From: Macrostomum lignano
Lineage: Eukaryota
Reading direction: 5' to 3'
Length of the DNA: 64,000 nucleotides
Assembly: GCA_002269645.1 (NCBI GenBank)
Contig: NIVC01000695.1
Location: 310,001 to 374,000, forward strand
A program made the position numbers and the translations under genes. This document shows positions 29,318 to 41,494 of this stretch, in pieces; position 1 is the first letter of the stretch, and each line of letters starts with the position of its first letter. The notes under the pieces were generated by a model. That model did not search any database and was not told the origin of the DNA. It was given only the letters and a program-made list of their open reading frames with translations.

Positions 29318-30436
29318 TGATTGGCTAGATTAGCAATCCACTATATTCTCAATATGATTGGCTAGATTAGCAATCCACTTTATTCTAAATATGATTGGCT
29401 AGATTAGCAATCCACTCTATTCTGAAGATGATTGACTAGATTAGCAATCCACTTTATTCTAAATATGATTGGCTAGATTAGCAATCCACTCTATTCTGAA
29501 GATGATTGACTAGATTAGCAATCCACTCTATTCTGAAGATGATTGACTAGATTAGCAATCCACTTTATTCTAAATATGATTGGCTAGATTAGCAATCCAC
29601 TCTATTCTGAAGATGATTGACTAGATTAGCAATCCACTCTATTCTCAATATGATTGGCTAGATTAGCAATCCACTCTATTCTCAATATGATTAGCTAGAT
29701 TAGCAATCCACTTTATTCCCAATATGATTGACTAGATTAGCAATCCACTCTATTCTCAAGATGATTGGCTAGATTAGCAATCCACTCTATTCTCAATATG
29801 ATTGGCTAGATTAGCAATCCACTCTATTCTAAATATGATTGGCTAGATTAGCAATCCACTCTATTCTAAATATGATTGGCTAGATTAGCAATCCACTCTA
29901 TTCTAAATATGATTGGCTAGATTAGCAATCCACTCTATTCTGAAGATGATTGACTAGATTAGCAATCCACTCTATTCTAAATATGATTGGCTAGATTAGC
30001 AATCCACTCTATTCTAAATATGATTGGCTAGATTAGCAATCCACTCTATTCTGAAGATGATTGACTAGATTAGCAATCCACTTTATTCTAAATATGATTG
30101 GCTAGATTAGCAATCCACTCTATTCTGAAGATGATTGAGTAGATTAGCAATCCACTCTATTCTAAATATGATTGGCTAGATTAGCAATCCACTCTATTCT
30201 AAATATGATTGGCTAGATTAGCAATCCACTCTATTCTGAAGATGATTGACTAGATTAGCAATCCACTTTATTCTAAATATGATTGGCTAGATTAGCAATC
30301 CACTCTATTCTGAAGATGATTAAGTAGATTAGCAATCCACTCTATTCTAAATATGATTGGCTAGATTAGCAATCCACTCTATTCTCAATATGATTGGCTA
30401 GATTAGCAATCCACTTTATTCTAAATATGATTGGCT

Positions 30437-30702
30437 CATACATGCGCAACTGCTGGCCGACCTGGCCGATCTGGCCACCGTAAATTGTGGTGGACCAGGG
30501 GTAAGTCGCAAAAATGCCTAGCCTATAGAATACAGACATAGTACTAATTAGATGACGAGGCATTTAGCCCTTATAAGACAGTCATAGTTACTCCTGCCGT
30601 TTACCCAAAATTGCATTAGGGTTTCTTTTACAGGTAAGTCGCATTTTTGGTCAAAAAGTAAGTTGCATGGCCAGTGTAAATCAGGGGGGTTGCGCATGTA
30701 TG
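30437..30702. mobile_element. 266-bp MITE, copy 2 (part of a 1385-bp tandem duplication)
   Basis: Apparently identical to copy 1, with the same TSD and same flanking satellite variants at offset 1385. Confidence 0.9.
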
Positions 30703-31670
30703 TGATTGGCTAGATTAGCAATCCACTATATTCTCAATATGATTGGCTAGATTAGCAATCCACTTTATTCTAAATATGATTGGCTAGATTAGCAATCCAC
30801 TCTATTCTGAAGATGATTGACTAGATTAGCAATCCACTTTATTCTAAATATGATTGGCTAGATTAGCAATCCACTCTATTCTGAAGATGATTGACTAGAT
30901 TAGCAATCCACTCTATTCTGAAGATGATTGACTAGATTAGCAATCCACTTTATTCTAAATATGATTGGCTAGATTAGCAATCCACTCTATTCTGAAGATG
31001 ATTGACTAGATTAGCAATCCACTCTATTCTCAATATGATTGGCTAGATTAGCAATCCACTCTATTCTCAATATGATTAGCTAGATTAGCAATCCACTTTA
31101 TTCCCAATATGATTGACTAGATTAGCAATCCACTCTATTCTCAATATGATTGGCTAGATTAGCAATCCACTCTATTCTCAATATGATTGGCTAGATTAGC
31201 AATCCACTTTATTCCCAATATGATTGGCTAGATTAGCAATCCACTCTATTCTCAATATGATTGGCTAGATTAGCAATCCACTCTATTCTCAATATGATTG
31301 GCTAGATTAGCAATCCACTCTATTCTCAAGATGATTGGCTAGATTAGCAATCCACTCTATTCTCAATATGATTGGCTAGATTAGCAATCCACTCTATTCT
31401 CAATATGATTGGCTAGATTAGCAATCCACTCTATTCTCAATATGATTGGCTAGATTAGCAATCCACTCTATTCTCAAGATGATTGGCTAGATTAGCAATC
31501 CACTCTATTCTCAATATGATTGGCTAGATTAGCAATCCACTCTATTCTCAAGATGATTGGCTAGATTAGCAATCCACTCTATTCTCAAGATGATTGGCTA
31601 GATTAGCAATCCACTCTATTCCCAATATGATTGGCTAGACTAGTAATTCCCTCTAGTTTCAATTATTTAC

Positions 31671-32081
31671 CTCGCATCCGAACTCCGGTTTGAAGGCGCG
31701 AACCTCTTTAAAATTCTTGAACACTTTCACCGTGGTGGTGCCCTCTCGAATAGCATAGGTTGACGCATCGGTGGTGCACCAGACAAACTCCTGTGCCTGA
31801 CCAAAGGCTTTGTTTCGCAGAGCCATGGCCGTGTAGATGATGAACTCGCCGTCTCCACTGACAGCTACAAAGCGACCGTTGGGGCTGTGGGCGATGGTCT
31901 GCGGGTAGATCTCACACGAGCCCATGTCCTTGATGGTCAGCGGCAGTCGGTCGCCGTCTTGAAATTCTTCGTCAGCAGACAAGGTGCGCAAATTGGCCTG
32001 CTGGACTTCGGCGTGACGAGCCCACAGGATTTTGCCCGAGGCGTCCATGGAGATGGCGGGCTCTTCGCGACCCAACTTCAC
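31671..32081 (-). CDS. COPB2: Coatomer subunit beta-prime, exon 3
   Basis: VKLGREEPAISMDASGKILWARHAEVQQANL...KDMGSCEIYPQTIAHSPNGRFVAVSGDGEFIIYTAMALRNKAFG; TTTAG| at 32082, GAG|GTAAAT at 31670; 411 nt. Confidence 0.97.
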
Positions 32082-32149
32082 CTAAACGGCGATTAGGGGG
32101 CATTGTTGGGGGGGGCGTATTGTAGAGCTGCGACATGGAAAAGGTCAGC

Positions 32150-32706
32150 GGCCCAGCAAATGACGATCTGGGAGGCTGGTGGCCCAGCAACCGAGGATCT
32201 GGGAGGCTGGTGGCCCAGCAACCGAGGATCTGGGAGGCTGGTGGCCCAGCAACTGAGGATCTGGGAGGCTGGTGGCCCAGCAACCGAGGATCTGGGAGGC
32301 TGGTGGCCCAGCAACTGAGGATCTGGGAGGCTGGCCCAGCAATTGAGGATCTGGGAGGCTGGTGGCCCAGCAACTGAGGATATGGGAGGCTGGTGGCCCA
32401 GCAACTGAGGATCTGGGAGGCTGGCCCAGCAACTGAGGATCTGGGAGGCTGGTGGCCCAGCAACTGAGGATATGGGAGGCTGGTGGCCCAGCAACTGAGG
32501 ATCTGGGAGGCTGGTGGCCCAGCAACTGAGGATCTGGGAGGCTGGCCCAGCAACTGAGGATCTGGGAGGCTGGCCCAGCAACTGAGGATCTGAGAGGCTG
32601 GCCCAGCAACTGAGGATCTGGGAGGCTGGTGGCCCAGCAACTGAGGATCTGGGAGACTGGCCCAGCAACTGAGGATCTGGGAGGCTGGTGGCCCAGCAAC
32701 TGAGGA
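32150..32706. repeat. GC-rich 31/28-bp minisatellite (GGCCCAGCAACTGAGGATCTGGGAGGCTGGT), COPB2 intron 2
   Basis: Direct tandem repetition; source of several spurious periodic ORFs. Confidence 0.96.
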
Positions 32707-32749
32707 ATGAGTAAAACAAAAGCTACATATAAATATGCCATTAACTCAC

Positions 32750-33460
32750 CAGAATGCTACCCTCATCATAACCCAGAGCGACATTGTTGCTGCCCCGCAG
32801 ACAGGCAATGGCCCAGACTCTCTCCAGCCCATAGTTCAGCGTGGACTCCAGCCTGTAGGTGCTGGAATGCCACACTCGCACGGTGCCATCCTCGGATCCA
32901 GTCAGCACAATGGGCAGATCGGGATGAAAGGCTACAGCTGACACATTCTGAGCGTGACCCTCTAGAGTTTGCACGCAGGTTTTGTTCTGCTGATCCCACA
33001 CCTTCACCAGCCGGTCGTCAGCGCCAGAGATGAGGTAGGGCTTGTCACCTCCAGCGTAATAATCCACACAGTTGACGCCCTTCTCGTGACCCTCCAAAGT
33101 GAAGTTGGGCGCCTGCGAGCCAAGCTGCCAAACTTTGACAGTTTTATCCAGGGAAGCGCTGGCAAACTGATTATTGTCCTTGGGATTAATGACTATCTGC
33201 ATCACGTAGTGAGTGTGACCTTCAAACGTTTGAGCACAGGCCCAGCGTTTGTCCCAGTCCCACAGTTTGATGAGCATATCGTCCGAACTGCTAAGCACAA
33301 ACGGTTGAGTAGGATGTACAGCGATAGACCGGATGTAGTCTGAGTGGGCTTCCCAGTTGTGCAACCGCTCCAATGTGTTGTAGTTAAACACGCGTAACTG
33401 CATATCATCGCTGCCTGTGATGACCCAGTTCTTGCGGGATACAAACTTGGCAGAACGGAC
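32750..33460 (-). CDS. COPB2: Coatomer subunit beta-prime, exon 2 (WD40 repeats)
   Basis: [29 protein letters not shown]...[33 protein letters not shown]...[13 protein letters not shown]; TTCTAG| at 33461, CTG|GTGAGT at 32749; 711 nt. Confidence 0.98.
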
Positions 33461-33619
33461 CTAGAAATTTATAAATCATTTAGATACTCTTGAAAGCTAC
33501 TGTTAGTAGGAGGATGGAGTGTCAATTAATAACTGGTGAATCTAAATAATAAATTGGATAAAATTCACTTTGGCCAACTTAAGTTATTCACTTAAAACTC
33601 CTCTTAAAACTTGCGAAAG

Positions 33620-34110
33620 AATCGCCCCTAATCCTCCTTAAGAATCACCCCTAATCCTCCTTAAGAATCGCCCCTAATCCTCCTGAAGAATCGCTCCTAA
33701 TCCTCCTAAACAATCGCCCCTAATCCTCTCTAAGAATCGCCCCCTAATCCTCTCTAAGAATCGCCTCTAATCCTCCTAAACAATCGCCCCTAATCCTTCT
33801 AAACAATCGCCCCTAATCCTCCTAAACAATCGCCCCTAATCCTCCTAAACAATCGCCCCTAATCCTCCTTAACAATCGTCCCTAATCCTAAACAATCGCC
33901 CCTAATCCTCCTAAACAATCGCCCCTAATCCTCCTAAACAATCGCCCCTAATCCTACTAAACAATCGCCCCTAATCCTCCTTAATAATCGCCCCTAATCC
34001 TCCTAAACAATCGCCCCTAATCCTCCTTAACAATTGCCTCTAATACTTGTTAAGAATCGCCTCTAATACTTGTTAAGAATCGCCTCTAATCCTCAAAAAG
34101 AATCGCCCGA
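33620..34110. repeat. 23-bp minisatellite (AATCGCCCCTAATCCTCCTAAAC), COPB2 intron 1
   Basis: Direct tandem repetition. Confidence 0.95.
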
Positions 34111-34178
34111 AATCCTTTCTAAGAATTGCCCCAACTCCTCTTTAAAAATCGCCCCAGAAAAATTGACAGCAAACTCAC

Positions 34179-34355
34179 AGGCAACTCGCAAACTTCAAAA
34201 GATTTAATTAGCTGCTGTAATTCAAAGTTCCACACGTGCACATTGCCATTGTACATACTGGCCAGCATCCAAGGCTCACTGGGATGCAGATCAACGCATT
34301 TGACCCTGTCTGATCGGGCAGACAGCTTTCGCTTGATGTCAAGTTTCAGAGGCAT
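34179..34355 (-). CDS. COPB2: Coatomer subunit beta-prime, exon 1
   Basis: [43 protein letters not shown] is the conserved N-terminus; CCT|GTGAGT donor at 34178. The six exons total 2808 nt (935 aa plus stop) in one continuous frame. Confidence 0.97.
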
Positions 34356-34389
34356 GTGTGCTCATGCATAAAAATTAATTTAAAAAATA

Positions 34390-37300
34390 TAAATACTTTA
34401 GAATGACAGTGATGAAGCTTTACATGGTAACTGCAGATTTCTATGTGGAAGACAGCCTTGCAGTGCCACCTCAGGTGCTTTTGCTACTATAGCATCTGTT
34501 TCAATTCTGTTAATATTAGTTTAATATTAGTTTATATTGCCTAATAAAAATTAGGCCTAGAAACTGTTAATATTAGTTTCTATTGCCTAATAGAAACATA
34601 AATTTATTGTATATGTCTTTGAGCACTATATATTATTAACACTTTGACTAACCTAGTTCCCTGCTTTTTTTCTATTAGCAAAGCTTAAGGATATACTTAA
34701 AGAAACTTGTTTTTCTAATGCAAAAACTAGCAAGATAGCTACAACAATGGAACTCTAAAATATTCCTAAAGAACTTTTTAGTACTATATAGAAACATTCA
34801 ATAGGAATAAATTTTCAGACAACAATTATCCAGGATATACAAATATTTCAGCAATATATATTTGTGATTATTTGCTTTACTTCTACATTTAAAAGCACTT
34901 GCAACTTTGTGCTTAGTTATAGGACCTATCTAAGTCTTTGTCATAGGCTACAAAGCTCTTTTTGAAGCTTTTTTAAGCTATAACCATGCCATGACACTAA
35001 AGGTCATCTAAAACTGTAACAATTAGCTAATTAAAAGACATGTTTTCCAATAGGGTGGAGGCATAGCACAAGGGATGAACAAGTGCATTTGACTCAAATC
35101 AAAGGAGATTAGGCTTAGGCTATTTGGTTTTGAATAGACAATACAAATTTTGACTTTTACTTAATACTACTTTTTATATAATTTGTATCTTATATTATCC
35201 AAAAGATGCTTTAATAATTTTTGGCTATTTTTATCAAGTGGAATGATTATTAGTTTAATGAATTTTTATTGCAGCATAAAGGCATTTTGTTAAATCTAAA
35301 TATACTAAATCTCTAATATTTGTATGCTTGCTTGTCCATAACGCTCTAGAGACTGCAATTCTTCACCGTTTATATACTAATTTTGTGCTATATTGTCTGT
35401 CTGTTTTTGATTTGTTGAGAACCATTTGGCTGATTTTTTACAATTAGCTTTACAAAATTTCTAATCTTTTGGCAATCATGCATAACTTTTTGATAAAAAA
35501 TGAATTGGAAGTGGGTCAAATATTCAAAAAATGATTTCTTTAATGCTTTCAATGAGTACTCTGTTTGAATTTTGAATTTGAATTGTAGAGAACTATAAAT
35601 CATATCCTTATGCACTACTTAAAGTAAAATCTAAGAAAACCAATTTAAAATTGCTATCTAGTTTTAGAATGAGTCATAATGATTCATATCTATTTTTAGA
35701 ATATAGAATATTTTGCTATATCTACAACTTTCTTTCTTAGAAAATACAATATTCAAACATTTACCAAACAGTAACAATTTTGTTTAAGTGTTTTACACCC
35801 AAATAATATTCTAAAAAATTAAAAAGTTTGTTATAAATACATTGTCTGCTTGGTATAAATAGGAGCCCAGAATAGGCCAGGAAAAGCCTATTCTTGCTCA
35901 TGTAAGATTGTGACAATTAGTCCACTCAATAAAAATCCTAAGCATTCTTACTTGGCTTATTTATTTCTATAGTATTAAGCCCCTTGTTGAGAGTATCAAA
36001 AACTGCTAAAAGCAAGAATCGCCTTAGGGCAGGAAGCACTATAGAGTAGTAGATCGCCTCAGGGCAGGAAAAGCGTCTCAGGGCAGAGAAAGCACATAAG
36101 GCTATGACCTTCTCATTGAGGGAACAGCCAGGACTGAGAGAAAACTTATAGGAGTAAATAGAGTAGACAGTGCCATTAGACCACTCAGGCCAAAGAGTAG
36201 AGTACATGTACAGACACTACCAATGAGATAAGTAGACACTACCAATATAGAAATAGATAGAGGAGTAGTCACACTACCAATAAGTATAAGTACATTAATT
36301 AAATTAAGTATAGGAATTAGCCCTGTAATAGCTAGTGGCATTGTGAGAATATTTATAAAGATAGAAGGTTAGCCCCTTTGACAACTTTAGTGTCAGCACC
36401 AGCAGTAGGATAATTTCAGTGAGAGCAATCATACCTGTTACAACTTTGGTAGCTAATTAGTAAGATATTAATAGAGGGAAGCTCACCCTATCACAACTTT
36501 GGGAACAGTGGTAGGATTTTGTATTGTATAGGAACACTGCTATCACATATTTTTAGAATAAGTCATGTGCAAACAGAAATGACTCTGCCCTATATAAAAC
36601 AAACATTTATTTGATCAAGGAACTGGTTCTTAGGGGTTATATTTGCTTAACTCCATATTTAGTAATGACAAACATTCATGACCCCTTAATCAAACACATA
36701 TGACCTAAGTAAATAACGAAACTTGTAACCAGTTTTTTTATCAAAATTTTACTATAAATACAAGCAAAAATCTAAATAAAAAATTTAGATTTGGAGTAGT
36801 CTCAAGGAAATTTTTTGAAGACATTAAAAGAGAAGACCTATCTTTAAGAGACAAAATCCTAACTAATTTGTAAATGTTTACCAGATTTAGGTCTTCTGCA
36901 ATTAGTACTAATAAGTTGATTAATTGAGTTTACAAGAGTCATTTATTGTTGACATTAGAGAAAGGCCTCTTTTTTTCTAGGATATATTCCTAGAGGATGT
37001 TGACTGATTTGAATTATCTATTACATTTTGGATATAACAAAGAAGATGTCTTTCAAGAGGACCTATTGCAGAAACTTAGAGAGTTCAATTGTTTATAATG
37101 ACATACATTGATTCCAAGCTAGAGGAATGTCAAGAATGCTGCTTCACTCTCATTTTTAGTCAATCTACAAATAAAGCTGAGGACTCACAAAGCAACCAAA
37201 TACTAGAGCTAGTTGTTATGACAACATTGAGAGGCCTGCTAATTCACTTTTGGTGTGCACCATTACTCTACTGAGACATCTACAAATTACAAGAGGATAC

Positions 37301-39170
37301 ACTACAGTAAAAGTTATTTTATTTTGCATATACCTAGGCACTTGTTCCTTGTGTCTAGAAGTGGGATTTTTTAAGTGATTGATCACCATTCAAACTCTTC
37401 AGAATGCCTACCATGGGCAATATCTATTATCTAATACAAATCAACATAATGTTGCATTATTTAGTATAATTATAATGAGGTTTGAAGAGATATAGGAAAG
37501 ATAAGGCTTTTTATATAAGATAATAATTAGAGTAGGTCTTTGGCAATCTAATATATTTATTATTTAAGCCATGCACTAGCACTATATGCTTATAATAAGC
37601 CCATAGTCAAGAATGTCCTTTGTCCAAGACAATGGAATGTTGGCCTGATCTAGTATATAGGCTAAGCTGATCTGGAGTAAGCTCTATGTAGTTTCTAAGC
37701 CGCATTTGATGAAGAAATGAACAATTGGACTAGGTTTTTTAACATGAATGGATTGATACCCTAAAAAATTTATTAGTCATTTGATTTCTATGTTTGTTAC
37801 CAATAAGGTTTCTGGCAGGTTGCTGCAGAATCATGGTAAAAAGCCAGATGACCCTATGATGATCTTGCCTTTCTATGGTGAGGAAAGAGGTCCCCCCTAT
37901 CCAACTTGTTGAAAAAGAAACTTTAGAGATCTTTTTGGAAACAGTATAATACTACAATTATGATTGTTTTTTTGCATAGTCAAGATAGTTAGGTGGGTCA
38001 ATTTGTTAGCAAGCTCAAGTCCATTTGATTTGATATATATTGGTATTCCTTTTGCTCTGGCTGCAAATGTCATGCATAAATTTTTTTGTTCTGATGAGTG
38101 TTGATTAGAATATCTATTGTGTGAAAAATGAAAAGACCTATATATTAGAGCTAGGGAACATTGCATTGGCTAAAGAAATCTACCATCCAGGACTACCTTT
38201 TGGAGTGCAAAAGCTATTGTAACAGAGAACAGATTGAGATTTTAAAGATTTTTGGTTATTCCAATTCTAAATTCAAGCTTTGCATTCTAAAACTACTACA
38301 CATTTATGCTAAAAAACCCTAGCCTCAATGTGCAACTGTTGCATAATGGTATGGCTCATCTTCTAAGGGTGTTTTGAGATTGACCAGTTCTTTGCACGTA
38401 CATTTCTTTCTTTTTATGTTCTGTCTCTGTCTTAATTATTGCTTAACTTCAACCCTCAATTTTTATGTTCTTTTATATGTTTGTTACCTTCTTAATTTTG
38501 ATTTGAAAATTTAGATGGTAAAATAATTTACTCATTTATATTGAGTGTTTAGTTCATTGGTAAAAAATATTTCAAAAATAGCCCTAGAGGGTTGAATTGT
38601 TTTTTGTACGTTTTTGTAGTCAATATTGATTTTAAGCTTTATTAATTTGCTATTAATTAAGCAAGCAACTCTACCATAGAAAAGGTTTTTTTTCAATTTT
38701 TTAACTAAATTCTTGCCTTGAAATGACCCAAGTTTTTAATATAATATTAATAACTTTTTGCAATATATAATTCTTTAATTAAAAAAAAACTAGAGTTTTC
38801 CTTAACTGTATAGCATATATATTTTAAAGATTTTTTATTATTCTTTGTTCTTATTAATTGGTAAAATTTTAACTAGGACTATACTAGTCCCCCCTATAAT
38901 ATATTCCCAATCAAAACTTGGCTATTTATTGTGTAGGCACCAATATTGGACCTAAAAAATTGACACATGTACACCAATATTCTCAGTGAGGAGCAGAAAT
39001 ATGCAAGAATTTTTGGCATAAAGGCCACCTTCTGGACTATGGCATATACAAAGGGTTCTTATCTTAGTGCACTTGGTACATAACATAATCACTATGCTGG
39101 TGCATACTAGGCCTAAGGTCCCTGCCCCTAGTGCCCAAGATAGAACTTTTTGTACAGAGTCCTGGACACA
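34390..39170. mobile_element. CpG-depleted AT-rich block, probable heavily mutated transposable-element relic
   Basis: Only about ten CG dinucleotides by eye in ~4.8 kb; reading frames riddled with TAG/TGA/TAA; a weak integrase-like motif at ~38.0 kb. Family not determined. Confidence 0.4.
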
Positions 39171-40482
39171 TTCAGTGCGCATAAAACATATATACTTGTG
39201 CATGCATTTTTTGCACACTTGCGTAAGTTTGAAAGGTTTATTTGCGCAGATTTTCGCACTGTTAAAATTTTGCAACTACAAGTACAACTATAATTATAAA
39301 AAGTTAAAAACTTGTACACATTTATACTTCTCAGTATGACTAATTATATAAGGATTGTATTAAGATTCAAAATATTTCTTTTATTTCTATGAACGTTTAT
39401 AATTTAAAATTAAGAGTTAAACGTAATAAGTACTTAGCGCCTGGTCGTGGTCTAGCCCAAACACGTAACAGTCAACTAAAGATGCTTAAAGAAAACGGAC
39501 GGTAAAATAATTGACGAGTAACTTTTTTAAAAAAACAGATTTAATGACGCTCTGTTTATACTAAAATCAGTCTAATACAGAATTGCTAAAACACACTCTG
39601 CTACAGAAACCTAACTTGTTTGCTAGAAAACAATGTTTTATTAAACTTTATTTTTTAAATTTGTTATAACACAAAATTCCGCGCCGTGAATCATCCTTAA
39701 CGAAGATACATGAAGCTAAGTTATACTTCGCAATATGGCTGGAATCAGAATCAACATTATGAAAAGTCTCTGTGCGGTAACAAGTATTTTATAAAGAATA
39801 TAATGCATTTAAGTGCATGATGTTATTGCAGAATCACGCAGTTACTAGCAGAAACTTACAATATAATAATGTACACGGTGCACTTTACTTCCTTAGAGCA
39901 ATCCAGCCGAGTGTTTCCGAACAGAAGAATTAAGCTTCTCGAGAGCACTTTGTCTTCGTCGGTAGAGTCTGGCTCATGGCTAGAGACTGGCTGTTATAGT
40001 TGACATAGGATTACGGTGTACGTCATAATTGATCTACTGACATATACAAGTGATGCGATTTGTTTCTGTTGCATTTATGAACCAGCTGGAGATGACAATT
40101 TTTTTGCCGATGTACGTATTTGCATGAGGCAGTTGATAAATCAGGTGTAGTTTGTATTTTTTGCAGTCAAGATTTAGCTCCTGTCTAACAGGACTAGCTC
40201 CTGTCTAACAGGTTTAGCTTCTGCCTAAACATATAAGCTTCTGTCTAAAAGCGACAACTGCATGCTTTCTGCTCTAATTGATTTTTTGTGCATTAGCACG
40301 GTAGCGCGATAATTGCTAAAACTATCTTTTGTTCCGCTGCTTCGTTTTACATGAGCATTACAAACTAAAAATCTCACTATACGTAAGTTTTTATTTGGTT
40401 CCTTGTTCCCACTGCTGCTGTGAATATTTTATGATGCATTCATGCATGCCGAGCAATCCTGCTCTCCTGATAGACAGAAAGG

Positions 40483-40672
40483 GGATAGATGGGGATAGAT
40501 AGGGATAGATAGATAGGGATAGATAGGGATAGATAGATAGGGATAGATAGGGATAGATAGAGATAGGGATAGATAGGCAAATAGGGACAGATAGGCAGAT
40601 AAGGGACAGATAGGCAGATAAGGGATAGATAGGGATAGATAGGGACAGATAGGCAGATAGGGACAGATAGGT
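40483..40672. repeat. GATA/GGGATAGATA compound microsatellite
   Basis: Runs of GATAG, GGGATAGATA and GGGACAGATAGGCAGATA. Confidence 0.93.
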
Positions 40673-41494
40673 AGATTTGGAAATGCAGTTTTGCCTTTAA
40701 TAAAGACCTGTTGCCTATTTAACCCAGTGCGGTTAAATGTAGGATCGACATACTACAATCACAACCAAGCAATCGATAATGTAAATTAAGATGTATCTTT
40801 TGTACCAATAGTAATACGCTCATAGTAGCTGGATAGTATAATGTTGATTGGCGTATGCATGCAGTTTGAGAATTCAGAACTAAAACTTAATTGGTCCCGA
40901 GCTTGCTTTCCAAAGAAGAGAAAAAATTTAGAATCGCCACATTTTATGGTTCGACGTACGTCGCATTCACGTCACATCTAAAACAATTGTACGCTCGTAT
41001 ATTGTTACCCAAGGAGTTCTACAATTAGAAATCTGGAGTGGAAAAGAGTTTTACCTCATGAGGCCACGCAAATGGTAAAAGTGAAAAACTCGTTTCCACT
41101 CCATGCAGGTTGCTAATTATAAAACTCCTTGGCCTAATTGACGCACTTGGACTCACCATTTTTGCTAATTGGAAAAGAAAATTTCTCTGTTTTAAATCGA
41201 TTGACAGCAACAATAGACTACATTATCCACTCATCGCATGCTCAATCAGTCAAAATTTAATGCATTTTTTAGCTAATTGCTTTTTCTCTGTGAATTGCAG
41301 TTATTTTTGTTGTATTTTCCAGAAAACACTGTCGATTGGTATTGGTAACTGATTATGAATTTTAAGTTTAGCAAACGACTAGCAATCTACATGTACGTCT
41401 ATACGGCCCCGTTGGGGAGCAAACAAAAGATGTGATAATATGAAATTTTTAAATGAACTGCATGTAGCTTCTAACCTCAGCCTTTACATTGTAT

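Larger units (their letters stand above)
7347..31639. repeat. 37-bp satellite array (ATGATTGGCTAGATTAGCAATCCACTCTATTCTAAAT), roughly 640-650 units, filling COPB2 intron 3
   Basis: Continuous tandem repetition with period 37; variants AAAT/GAAG/CAAT/CAAG at one site and GGCT/GACT/GAGT at another. Confidence 0.99.

Noticed and set aside
28981-30563. Duplicated 65-aa ORF (MPRHLIST...)
   Set aside because: It runs from inside the MITE into satellite sequence and is duplicated only because the block is.
7347-31639. CRISPR-like appearance of a 37-bp repeat
   Set aside because: Units are contiguous with no unique spacers, there are no cas genes, and the context is a spliceosomal intron.
31972-32741. 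Several 198-222 aa proline/glycine-rich ORFs on both strands
   Set aside because: They lie in COPB2 intron 2 and mirror the 31/28-bp repeat.
37200-37720. Possible KDZ/Zisupton transposase motifs (AHSQEC, FLSR) on the plus strand
   Set aside because: Fragments fall in different frames and the key CxH and GE motifs could not be found.
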